A DNA stretch of 58,245 nt, taken from the IMG/VR virus record IMGVR_UViG_3300025070_000036, positions 1 through 58,245 of that record, one strand, 5' to 3'. Source of the stretch: a virus (lineage: Duplodnaviria; Caudoviricetes). Under the pieces are notes generated by a model that saw nothing but the letters and a program-made list of their open reading frames with translations, searched no databases and was not told the DNA's origin. Positions 17,991-26,475 of the stretch are shown one piece after another. The position numbers and the translations under genes are program-made. Position 1 is the first letter of the stretch, and every line of letters begins with the position of its first letter.

Positions 17991-18359
17991 GTGATGAAAT
18001 TCGAAAACTACAGTGTAGTGAAATGCCCTATGGGTATAGCTATCAAACCTAACAATGGTGACAGCGATTTAGAAGTGACCTTAACTATAGAAAATGATAC
18101 TCTATGTGTAACTTTGCACGCACACGATAATGATTGGTGTGGCCCTGACCACATCGTAAGTGAAATCCAACACCCAATCAAATCAGCCCACGACGAGCGT
18201 AAGGCTAAAGAAGAAGCTTCTCGCCAACGTATCCAACAGTTTAGCAAAGGTTATTACGATGGTTGGAACAGTGAAGATTTTAAATGTGACAAATGCGGTG
18301 AGCCGTTAGGAGCAGATGATCTTGATGAATGTGGTGATTGCCACGACAATACACAATAA
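17991..18359 (+). CDS. Hypothetical protein with C-terminal zinc ribbon and a scaffold-derived insert
   Basis: AGGAGA RBS; CDKCG...CGDC; HDERKAKEEASRQRIQQFSKGY insert. Confidence 0.7.
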   Translation: MMKFENYSVVKCPMGIAIKPNNGDSDLEVTLTIENDTLCVTLHAHDNDWCGPDHIVSEIQHPIKSAHDERKAKEEASRQRIQQFSKGYYDGWNSEDFKCDKCGEPLGADDLDECGDCHDNTQ

Positions 18360-18397
18360 TACACATAACAACGCGATATACCACAGAACTGAATTAC

Positions 18398-18426
18398 TTG
18401 ACATTCCTCGCTACCTGTGGTATATT
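18398..18426 (+). promoter_or_regulatory. Strong sigma70 early promoter TTGACA-17-TATATT with extended TG
   Basis: AATTAC TTGACA ttcctcgctacctgtgg TATATT; same context as the 17411 promoter. Confidence 0.8.
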
Positions 18427-18465
18427 ATATGTATGGGTCGAACACCCTGAATCTTTTCAAACCCT

Positions 18466-18483
18466 TTCGGGCAGATGCCCGAA
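18466..18483. repeat. Palindrome copy 6 with RBS header
   Basis: TTCGGGCAGATGCCCGAA caacaaacGGAGActactATG (18502). Confidence 0.95.
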
Positions 18484-18501
18484 CAACAAACGGAGACTAC
18501 T

Positions 18502-19485
18502 ATGACAGAACAAAATACGCAGATCGATATTGAAGACTATATCGCGTCCTCGATACACGACGAACTCAATTCTCAGAATACTGCCTCACAACAAAAAGCA
18601 CTCGCAGGGTTGATTACTGAAGCACCAAGTATATCTTCCGCGGCTATGATCGTTGACTTCAATGCTAGTGTATGGACAGCACGTAAGAAAGACATGAAAG
18701 CGTCCGACGATATTGCAGCTATGAATGGCGCTGATGTAGGTATCGCTGATGTACGTAAGAAGTTACTAGGTAACTGTGACGAGCTGATCGCAGTACAGAA
18801 GTTTGCGGCTAACGTACGCAACATACACTATAGTATGACATTACCTTGGTCGGACAATGGGTCTCGCCTACTGACCACGCAACAATACTTCAAGTACAAC
18901 GAAGTTATGAGCCAACTACAAACAGAGTTTCATACTCTTGTTGATAGTTTCTTACAGGCGTACCAATGGGAAGTATCCAAAGCGCAAGCCAAGTTGGGTG
19001 CTATGTTCAATCGTGACGAGTATCCGACAAGTGAAGCTTTGCAAGATAAGTTTCGGTTTCGTGTCTCGTACATACCGCTACCTGACAGTGGTGATTTCCG
19101 TATTGACATTGGCAACGAAGCCTTGGAACAAATACAATCCCAATATCAATCGCATTACACGCAAGCTATCAACTCAGCTATGTCTGATCTATGGCACAAG
19201 TTACATGATAACCTCGTAACACTTGTTCGACAACTCGACGTTAATGAAGAGGGCAAGGGCAATCGCTTGTATGATACTGTCTTTGATCGAGCTATCGAAC
19301 TGGTATCGATGTTGGGTACGTGTAACGTGACAGGCGACAGCCAAATGGAAGCCATGCGCAGAAAACTAGAAGATGCGTTCTATGGACTAAACCTTGATCA
19401 AATCAAGAACTCACCGAGCTTGCGTGAAGATACACGCAGTAAACTATCAGAAGCAATCGCCGCGCTACCAAGCTTGGATATGTAA
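18502..19485 (+). CDS. DUF3150-like helical protein (start 18502; the track gives 18475)
   Basis: SVWTARKKD...TLPWSDNGSRLL...EYPT...KFRF pattern; directly upstream of the AAA/VWA pair. Confidence 0.6.
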   Translation: MTEQNTQIDIEDYIASSIHDELNSQNTASQQKALAGLITEAPSISSAAMIVDFNASVWTARKKDMKASDDIAAMNGADVGIADVRKKLLGNCDELIAVQKFAANVRNIHYSMTLPWSDNGSRLLTTQQYFKYNEVMSQLQTEFHTLVDSFLQAYQWEVSKAQAKLGAMFNRDEYPTSEALQDKFRFRVSYIPLPDSGDFRIDIGNEALEQIQSQYQSHYTQAINSAMSDLWHKLHDNLVTLVRQLDVNEEGKGNRLYDTVFDRAIELVSMLGTCNVTGDSQMEAMRRKLEDAFYGLNLDQIKNSPSLREDTRSKLSEAIAALPSLDM

Positions 19486-19493
19486 TTTAACCT

Positions 19494-19511
19494 TTCGGGC
19501 AGTTGCCCGAA
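19494..19511. repeat. Palindrome copy 7 with RBS header
   Basis: TTCGGGCAGTTGCCCGAA caacaaacGGAGAaagactATG (19531). Confidence 0.95.
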
Positions 19512-19530
19512 CAACAAACGGAGAAAGACT

Positions 19531-20622
19531 ATGCACAACGCAACACAAATGTACGCACTAACCCTTGATCAGTGTGTCAAATCAATCGCCGCAGTGGGTA
19601 CTAAACGTACTATACTTATGCAAGGTGACATGGGTGGTGGCAAATCATCTACATTGCACACACTATCAGCGATGTTTCCTAACCATGTACCATGTTACTT
19701 TGATTGCACCACGAAAGACCTTGGTGACTTGAACTTACCTAACATGGCAGTGATGAATGAGAAGGGCTATGTTACCTTTGTACCTAACGAAGAACTAGGT
19801 GCGCACCTTGGCAAGCCTGTCATTATTATGATTGACGAACTAGGTAAAGCTAACCCTGCTGTTAAGAACGCACTCTTACGTGTGATGCAAGAACGTACAG
19901 TTGGTAGTATCAAGTTACACCCTGACAGTATTGTGTACGCCACAACGAACAAAGGTGCAGAAGGTGTGGGTGACTTGCTTCAACCACATGCACGTAATCG
20001 CATATCAACAGTGATTGTTCGCAAGACCGATCATATGGACTGGATTGAGTGGGGTATCAACAACAATATCGACCCTACTATACTTGGTTGGGTCAAAGAT
20101 AACCCGCAGTTGTTTGCCGCGTTCGAAGATGTAAAAGACCCGTCTGAGAACCCATACATATTCCACCCAAAAGAACAGCGAGCCGCGTTTGTTACACCTC
20201 GTTCATTACATGCGGCCTCTGACATCTTACACGTACGTGATCAATTCGACGACCAGACACTTACGGCTCTACTGATGGGTACTATCGGTGATCGCGGTGC
20301 GATGGACTTGATGGCGTTTGTGAAACTGGCTGATCAACTACCAAGCTTACAGTCTATCAAAGACGACCCGATGAATGCGATTGTTCCTAATAGTGCCGCC
20401 GCTGTGTGTATGGTTGTGTATCGTACACTTGCCGCGTTGGAAAGTACGTGGGTCAATGCGTGGATGGATTACATGCCTCGCCTCGATACAGAAGCACAAG
20501 GTATGTTCGCCAATGGTGTACGTGCGCCTAAGTATTCAAAGCAATCTATGGTTATGACTAACAAGAAATTTACCAAGTGGGCTATGGATAACAACTACAT
20601 GTTTGCCGCAGACAAGAAATAG
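19531..20622 (+). CDS. MoxR-like AAA+ ATPase
   Basis: Walker A GDMGGGKS, Walker B IIMIDE, sensor-1 ATTN, Arg finger NR, sensor-2 TPRS. Confidence 0.88.
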   Translation: MHNATQMYALTLDQCVKSIAAVGTKRTILMQGDMGGGKSSTLHTLSAMFPNHVPCYFDCTTKDLGDLNLPNMAVMNEKGYVTFVPNEELGAHLGKPVIIMIDELGKANPAVKNALLRVMQERTVGSIKLHPDSIVYATTNKGAEGVGDLLQPHARNRISTVIVRKTDHMDWIEWGINNNIDPTILGWVKDNPQLFAAFEDVKDPSENPYIFHPKEQRAAFVTPRSLHAASDILHVRDQFDDQTLTALLMGTIGDRGAMDLMAFVKLADQLPSLQSIKDDPMNAIVPNSAAAVCMVVYRTLAALESTWVNAWMDYMPRLDTEAQGMFANGVRAPKYSKQSMVMTNKKFTKWAMDNNYMFAADKK

Positions 20623-20632
20623 GAGAATGGAA

Positions 20633-21058
20633 ATGAGTAAATATAAACCGTGGACTGACGCAGATGATGCGGAACTGGTATTGATGCGCGAAGCACGCAC
20701 GCCAACGAAAGAAATCGCAATCGCATTGGGTCGAACACCCTCGGCTGTGATGAACCGTATAAGTGCAAAGGGTATACCCTATGGTAAGTTATACACAAAG
20801 GAACAACTAGAAGGTTTCTCACAAACTAAGGCGCGTGACCTAGAAGAACTTACGTTCCGTGAAGTTGTGGATACAGCGTTTGCCAAGCACGAGATCGAGT
20901 TTGGTGCGCCTGATAGAAAGTCCGAAGACCTTGAAAGGTCTAAGCCAAAGGCTGACACATATGGTTTCGGGCGGTTGCCCGAAATGCTTAATCAAATGGA
21001 AAGAGACATCAAGCGTAAACCACAATGGTTCAAAGCTATGATGTGGTGGAGGAAGTAA
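20633..21058 (+). CDS. GcrA/Myb-like N-terminal HTH DNA-binding protein (start MSKYKPW at 20633)
   Basis: WTDADDAELVLMREARTPTKEIAIALGRTPSAVMNR resembles the GcrA N-domain WTxERxxxL...IAxxLGxxxRNAV; AGGAGA RBS. Confidence 0.6.
   Translation: MSKYKPWTDADDAELVLMREARTPTKEIAIALGRTPSAVMNRISAKGIPYGKLYTKEQLEGFSQTKARDLEELTFREVVDTAFAKHEIEFGAPDRKSEDLERSKPKADTYGFGRLPEMLNQMERDIKRKPQWFKAMMWWRK
20966..20983. repeat. Palindrome copy 8 (one mismatch), inside the HTH gene
   Basis: TTCGGGCGGTTGCCCGAA, encoding FGRLPE. Confidence 0.9.
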
Positions 21059-21059
21059 C

Positions 21060-22340
21060 ATGTTATCAATAGGTAAAACACTTACACCCGAACAGCGGTT
21101 ATCGAAAGCCGTTGTTGACATCATGGGTAAAGCCCATGCGTTGTCTGGTGTTATTATGATCGGTGATCGTAGTATCGAATACAATGAAGATAAAGTACCA
21201 ACAGCTTGCACTAATGGACGTGACGAGTGGTATGGTGCTAAGTTTATTGAACCGCTAAACGATGCGCAACTAAGGTTTCTTGTGCTACATGAAGTGTATC
21301 ACAAACTGTATCGACATCTGACAACGTGGCAACACCTGTACAGAATACACCCACAGTTGGCTAACATCGCGTGTGATTATGTAATCAACGTGAAGATCAT
21401 GGACGAGTTCAGCGAGAATGGTTGGGTCGAGATGATCGAAGGTGGTTGCTACGATGTGAAATATCGTGGGTGGGATGCCGCCAAGGTATTCTGGGAACTA
21501 CACAAGCAGTTACAAAAACCACCCCGGGGTGGCGGTGGTTCGGGTTCACCTGATAACGAAGCACAAGATGGTGATGGAACTACCCCTGAGCATTCAACTG
21601 GTTTAGAAAACACAGGAGTAGGTGATCTACCCCAAGGGTTCGATGCGCATGATTGGGACGGTGCGGAAGAAATGACCGCAGACGAACAGCGTGAACTTGC
21701 TCGAGAGATCGACGAAGCAGTACGCCAAGGTGCATTGGTTGCAGGTAAGATGGGTAGCGGTGGTAGCCGTGACCTAGAAGAATTGCTACAACCCAAAGTG
21801 GATTGGCGCGAAGTGTTGCGTGAGTTTGTGCAAGATACATGTGCAGGGTCTGACTATTCAACATGGAAGAAACCAAACAGACGCTATCTAAGCTCTGGCA
21901 TATACATGCCTACTGGTATCAGTGAACAAGTAACATGTTTAGCAGAACACAATGACATGTCTGGTTCAATCGGTGCGCGTGAGCAACAGATAATGATTAG
22001 TGAATTGGTCGGTATCTGTGAAACGGTCAAGCCAGAAGAACTACACGTAAGTTACTGGGACACCGAAGTGACTGGGTATGAGAGGTATGACAACCACGAA
22101 CTACATACAGTGGCAGAACGTACCACACCTGTAGGTGGCGGCGGTACATGTGTTGAATGTGTGCCTGAGTACATGAAGAAAAACAATATCAATCCACAAG
22201 CGTCTATCGTGTTTACAGATGGTGATTTGTATGGCGGTTGGGGCGAGTGGGATCACCCTGTGTTGTGGGTGATTGTCGATAATGAAGGCGCACAGCCTAC
22301 ACATGGTAAAGCGTTACACGTATCCTCGGGAGATTTGTGA
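21060..22340 (+). CDS. Metallopeptidase-VWA protein (DUF2201-like)
   Basis: PTACTNG, HEVYH zincin motif, NIACDYVIN; MIDAS DMSGS...GGGGT...FTDG. Confidence 0.85.
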   Translation: MLSIGKTLTPEQRLSKAVVDIMGKAHALSGVIMIGDRSIEYNEDKVPTACTNGRDEWYGAKFIEPLNDAQLRFLVLHEVYHKLYRHLTTWQHLYRIHPQLANIACDYVINVKIMDEFSENGWVEMIEGGCYDVKYRGWDAAKVFWELHKQLQKPPRGGGGSGSPDNEAQDGDGTTPEHSTGLENTGVGDLPQGFDAHDWDGAEEMTADEQRELAREIDEAVRQGALVAGKMGSGGSRDLEELLQPKVDWREVLREFVQDTCAGSDYSTWKKPNRRYLSSGIYMPTGISEQVTCLAEHNDMSGSIGAREQQIMISELVGICETVKPEELHVSYWDTEVTGYERYDNHELHTVAERTTPVGGGGTCVECVPEYMKKNNINPQASIVFTDGDLYGGWGEWDHPVLWVIVDNEGAQPTHGKALHVSSGDL

Positions 22341-22531
22341 TGAGCAAGATTGGTAACTATGTAGTAGGACTACAGGAGCAAGAGGTGGACGAGCTAGAGC
22401 AGATGTTAGATGATGTATTCTACAAAACATTTGGTCGTCGTCCCCTCAAGGGTGAAGAACTCAAAAAGCTACAGCGTCGTACCTACATGCCCGAGCTAGA
22501 TGATGATGGTAAGTTTCGGAGGGAAGAATGA
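22337..22531 (+). CDS. Hypothetical protein
   Basis: GGAGA RBS; overlaps with both neighbours. Confidence 0.6.
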   Translation: MMSKIGNYVVGLQEQEVDELEQMLDDVFYKTFGRRPLKGEELKKLQRRTYMPELDDDGKFRREE

Positions 22532-22770
22532 CCTTCTGGCACATGCTCATAATATCTTACGCAGTCATACCTGACAGCGGTGTGTTTATCACAAAGGAAT
22601 ACGTGTACAAAGATTACCACACATGTATCCAAGCAAGTGATGAAATGTACCCTGCAATATACGCCACGTACAAAGACAGCATGGCAAGTTGCGTAAAGAC
22701 GAGTCTTATATCTGGTGGTTTGAAGCCACGGTTAAGACCTAAAAACTTAGGGGGCAATCGCGCAAGATAA
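22528..22770 (+). CDS. Small hypothetical protein, hydrophobic N-terminus, two Cys
   Basis: ATGA overlap; MTFWHMLIISYAVIP. Confidence 0.6.
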   Translation: MTFWHMLIISYAVIPDSGVFITKEYVYKDYHTCIQASDEMYPAIYATYKDSMASCVKTSLISGGLKPRLRPKNLGGNRAR

Positions 22771-22862
22771 GTATCGAAACAACAGACTGCCCGTGTGCGG
22801 TTTAAACAGATACTCATCTTGCTTGCCCCTTATAAACAACCTGACAAATACGTCAATAAACT

Positions 22863-22880
22863 TTCGGGCATCTGCCCGAA
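22863..22880. repeat. Palindrome copy 9 with RBS header
   Basis: TTCGGGCATCTGCCCGAA caacaaatGGAGAataactATG (22900). Confidence 0.95.
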
Positions 22881-22899
22881 CAACAAATGGAGAATAACT

Positions 22900-23964
22900 A
22901 TGACTATGGTATACACAAATTTTAAATCTTTCGCGGAAGTGGAGGCACACTACGACAGTATCAAACCACTGGTATCAAAGTGTCACCCACGCGAACAAGA
23001 CATTCGACCCATCGGAGATCGCAAACGAAAACACGAACGTATTAAAAAGATCAATCGTAATTGCTACGTGATGATGGACGGGTACTACAGCGGTGATGAT
23101 GTGTTTCGTTGGTGGTTTCTTAATAAAGACACCGCGATAAACATAACCGAGAAAGAGCTTATTAGGTTAGCTCCTATCGTGTGGCGTAGACACAAGGACG
23201 GTACAGAAACTGTCAAGTTTCGTAATGGTACAGGCCAAGGTCTACACAATGGTAGGTACTCGTTCATAAGACGTAATACACCTAGTGGTATGTACTTTAA
23301 TATATCCAATGGTAAACAGTTTGTTAATGGAGTGTATCTCGCAAAAGGTAGCTCAATCACCAAAGATGATTACACCAGAAAACCTGACGATAGTGGTTAT
23401 GGAAGTTGGTGGCAATCTTACGTGAAGGAATGTACATACCGTGATGATGGGTGTGCTGTTACGTTTAAACTGGTAAAAGTAGATGGTCGAATTGCGCCAG
23501 ATTGGGAAGTAGTAACTGGCGGTAAGCCGTTACCCAAACCACCTAGACAAGTAGTGGACAAGAAAGCAAAGGCTTCTTTGAAAGATCACATAGTTAAGTT
23601 CCGTGAATGGGGTATGACTATGTATCCGATGTTACCAAAAGATACGTACGAGTACGAACAACGTATGCGTAACGAGACCAAAGAATACGTAGCGGATAGA
23701 ATGGGTAACCCTCATTACTATGCTTGGAGTTTACTAAGTATCTTTCTTGATCACCCTACAATCACACGCGAGATTGTAAAAGATGAACAACACCCACTAC
23801 GTCTGCACTTAGCGTATGGTATATTATCAGATTACATGGAGCATACCCTACGTATGGGTGAAGAACAGGGCTTAGACGACAAAGAGATACAGGCAAGAAT
23901 AATGTCTGCATTCAACCATAAAATCAATCGCACATGCGGTTTCTTATCAACAGTGAAAGGTTAA
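22900..23964 (+). CDS. Hypothetical early protein (start 22900; the track gives 22795)
   Basis: RBS header; long ORF with no recognised family. Confidence 0.8.
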   Translation: MTMVYTNFKSFAEVEAHYDSIKPLVSKCHPREQDIRPIGDRKRKHERIKKINRNCYVMMDGYYSGDDVFRWWFLNKDTAINITEKELIRLAPIVWRRHKDGTETVKFRNGTGQGLHNGRYSFIRRNTPSGMYFNISNGKQFVNGVYLAKGSSITKDDYTRKPDDSGYGSWWQSYVKECTYRDDGCAVTFKLVKVDGRIAPDWEVVTGGKPLPKPPRQVVDKKAKASLKDHIVKFREWGMTMYPMLPKDTYEYEQRMRNETKEYVADRMGNPHYYAWSLLSIFLDHPTITREIVKDEQHPLRLHLAYGILSDYMEHTLRMGEEQGLDDKEIQARIMSAFNHKINRTCGFLSTVKG

Positions 23965-23968
23965 AACA

Positions 23969-24892
23969 ATGGGTTATAAACATAAGACAGTAGCGGAAGC
24001 TACAGTGGAGAGTGAAGAGTACGTCGAACGTTCGCGTAGGTATAATCAGCCTACTCAGGGAAAACCAGAACTTGTAGAATTTCGAACGGCTATCGAGAAC
24101 AACCACATCAAGACTATGCACCGTACTGCAAACACAGCATACGTATACATTGAAGGTGAACAGATGGTGCTTGGTTGGATTGGCTATGGAGACTTTCAGT
24201 CTACAATAAGTGGTGCTGATAAGTATGTAGTATATGCAAGAAACATACGTAACATGCGACACGTCGAAGGGACAGATGAATACTTCATGCGTTCAGCACT
24301 ACGTTTAGATAAAGCTATCAAGAACTGTAAGGCCAACTTGATACGGTATACCTCGGAGGAAACGGGTTGTGCATTGGCAAGGCAACCCAAACGAGATTTT
24401 GCAAGGTTATCCCGTGAAGCTGATGAAGCGTACATGGAGGTGCGACGAAACATTGGGTTGGTAGATAGGACAAATACCGAACTGGGTTTGGAGCTTATAA
24501 CATTAGTAAAAAATGGTTACGTGTTCAGACAACCAGAGCTTCACGAGAACATAAGTAAGCTATCGCACTTGAAAGATCAGTACAACAAACACTCAAGAAA
24601 CAACCCACGCCCTATGGACTTTGTGCGTATATACAAAAACCCACGCGAAGAGTTACGTGCTGACGTAGTAAAACTTGTTAACGTGAATGCGTATACCTCA
24701 TGGTCTGATAACAAACCGGTAGCGGATAGGGTATCGGGTAAAGATATGTACCTCGCGGAAACACTACCCGAAAGTATCTTAGGTAAGATTGCAGTTATGG
24801 CTATGTGTGAAGACGGGCAGTTTGTTGAAGACGTTGGCTACAAGGTTGACGACACTATGTTCTACTTCTACCCAGAAGAACCTACTACGTGA
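23969..24892 (+). CDS. Hypothetical protein
   Basis: 307-aa ORF; C-terminal LPESILGKIAVM...VEDVGY resembles the next gene. Confidence 0.8.
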   Translation: MGYKHKTVAEATVESEEYVERSRRYNQPTQGKPELVEFRTAIENNHIKTMHRTANTAYVYIEGEQMVLGWIGYGDFQSTISGADKYVVYARNIRNMRHVEGTDEYFMRSALRLDKAIKNCKANLIRYTSEETGCALARQPKRDFARLSREADEAYMEVRRNIGLVDRTNTELGLELITLVKNGYVFRQPELHENISKLSHLKDQYNKHSRNNPRPMDFVRIYKNPREELRADVVKLVNVNAYTSWSDNKPVADRVSGKDMYLAETLPESILGKIAVMAMCEDGQFVEDVGYKVDDTMFYFYPEEPTT

Positions 24893-25140
24893 GTGTGCTT
24901 GGCGATATAACGTATCACGTACAGATACATAAGCATACTAAACACGTCAATGTATCATCAATAGGTATCGACAGGGTTGACTCGGATGTTTTGCATCACT
25001 ACAATTCTGTAGACGAGCTACCCGAATGGATACAAACTAAGCTGTCGATGCTTATGATGTTAGACCTACCACCTCCACTAAACGATGTGGATGGTGTGGG
25101 TAGTAGGCTAGGCCAGTACACTTACTGGATATATAAATAA
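24889..25140 (+). CDS. Hypothetical protein, resembles the C-terminus of the preceding protein
   Basis: GTGA overlap; DELPEWIQTKLSMLMM...VDGVGSR. Confidence 0.7.
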   Translation: MSVLGDITYHVQIHKHTKHVNVSSIGIDRVDSDVLHHYNSVDELPEWIQTKLSMLMMLDLPPPLNDVDGVGSRLGQYTYWIYK

Positions 25141-25143
25141 CCT

Positions 25144-25161
25144 TTCGGGCAACTGCCCGAA
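25144..25161. repeat. Palindrome copy 10 with RBS header
   Basis: TTCGGGCAACTGCCCGAA actggtatcaacGGAGAattactATG (25185). Confidence 0.95.
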
Positions 25162-25184
25162 ACTGGTATCAACGGAGAATTACT

Positions 25185-25523
25185 ATGACCCCAGAAGCAA
25201 AAGTTAAAAAGACCGCTGTAAAACATCTGAAAGATATAGGTGCTTACTATTTCTTTCCTGCCACTGGTGGCTACGGCAAAAGCGGTGTACCCGACATCAT
25301 AGCATGTTACCAAGGATTATTCTTTGGACTTGAATGCAAAGCAGGCAAGAATACGCCTACACCTCTGCAAGAGAAAAACTTGAAAGAGATCAACGAAGCA
25401 GGTGGGTTTGACTTAGTCGTACACGAAGAAAACGTACACCAACTGTCTCTGCAAATGGATAAATGGGTAACTATCTGTAACAATACCAACGTAATACCCC
25501 AAGCTGTGAGTGGGCGCGATTGA
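25185..25523 (+). CDS. VRR-NUC nuclease / Holliday junction resolvase-like
   Basis: TPEAKVK...GVPDII...GLECKAG...TPLQ...AGG. Confidence 0.85.
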   Translation: MTPEAKVKKTAVKHLKDIGAYYFFPATGGYGKSGVPDIIACYQGLFFGLECKAGKNTPTPLQEKNLKEINEAGGFDLVVHEENVHQLSLQMDKWVTICNNTNVIPQAVSGRD

Positions 25524-25680
25524 CATAGTTCGCATAAACCTCAGCAGTATGGGCAGGACACTCCAATTTCTGTTTGTAATTCAGCAGAAACCTTTCAAGA
25601 CCTGTGACCATACCGACTAGGCCACGTACGGCTAGTCCTATACTCTGCGTATGGGCATTAAATTAAAGGAGATCACATAC

Positions 25681-25866
25681 ATGACGCGTGAAGAAGCCGA
25701 AGACAACTATCGAATAAAGTGGGAGAAACAAATAAAAAAAGATATGGCAGATAACTCTGCACTACGTGCGAGACAAAGACCTATTAGACCCCTCGGTGCA
25801 AGCCAAGAAGGTGGGTCTAAAGGAGGCAAAGCAAATAAGAAAAGACCTTATGTCTCTATCCGTTAG
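25681..25866 (+). CDS. Small basic hypothetical protein (start 25681)
   Basis: AAGGAG RBS before ATG 25681; GGSKGG. Confidence 0.55.
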   Translation: MTREEAEDNYRIKWEKQIKKDMADNSALRARQRPIRPLGASQEGGSKGGKANKKRPYVSIR

Positions 25867-26035
25867 TCACTGCCCTCACTGTGTTAGGAAGTTAGAAGTA
25901 ATAGATTCACGTCCACACTTTGCTTATGGCTTTCCAACAGTAAGACGTAGGCGTGCGTGTACTAAATGTGATTTTAAAATAACAACCATAGAGTTACCGA
26001 TAGAACTAGGTAACGAAATCTTTGAAGATGAATAG
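25850..26035 (+). CDS. Stand-alone NrdR-like zinc ribbon (no ATP cone)
   Basis: CPHC...VIDSR...VRRRRACTKCDFKITTIE matches the NrdR N-terminus CPxC..VxDSR..IRRRRxCxxCxxRFTTxE. Confidence 0.75.
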   Translation: MSLSVSHCPHCVRKLEVIDSRPHFAYGFPTVRRRRACTKCDFKITTIELPIELGNEIFEDE

Positions 26036-26044
26036 GAGAACAAC

Positions 26045-26473
26045 ATGAAAAAATCAAAAGCAGATAAAATCTGGGCTTATAAAATAGCAAACCCATCAGC
26101 TACAAACAGAGAGGTAGCTAACGCATCTGGTGCGCACGTTACGTATGTTGCATCGCTTATGCGTAAGACAGGTACGCCCAAAGAAATACTGGAAGCACCA
26201 AAGTCGCCTAAACGTGGTGACATCTTAGACACTGCTAAAGAATACGTGACTAAAGATCGTGCATCTGATCACGGGGATATGGAAGATAACTTTGAGATGA
26301 TTGCAGATTTTTGGTCAACGTATTTAGATAGGCGTATAGTGGCATATGACGTGGGTGCTATGATGGCGTTATTAAAAGTAGCGCGTATTAGATCAAACCC
26401 TAAACACCCTGACAACTGGGTCGATGGTGCAGGGTACATGGCATGTGGTGGTGAGATTGCAGGTAAACGCTAA
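26045..26473 (+). CDS. N-terminal HTH-like region plus DUF6378-like domain
   Basis: DRASDHG...NFEMIADFW...MMALLKVAR...DNWVDGAGY; AGGAGA RBS. Confidence 0.7.
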   Translation: MKKSKADKIWAYKIANPSATNREVANASGAHVTYVASLMRKTGTPKEILEAPKSPKRGDILDTAKEYVTKDRASDHGDMEDNFEMIADFWSTYLDRRIVAYDVGAMMALLKVARIRSNPKHPDNWVDGAGYMACGGEIAGKR

Positions 26474-26475
26474 AC

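Noticed and set aside
25520-25550. TTGACA promoter
   Set aside because: No plausible -10 hexamer at 16-18 bp spacing
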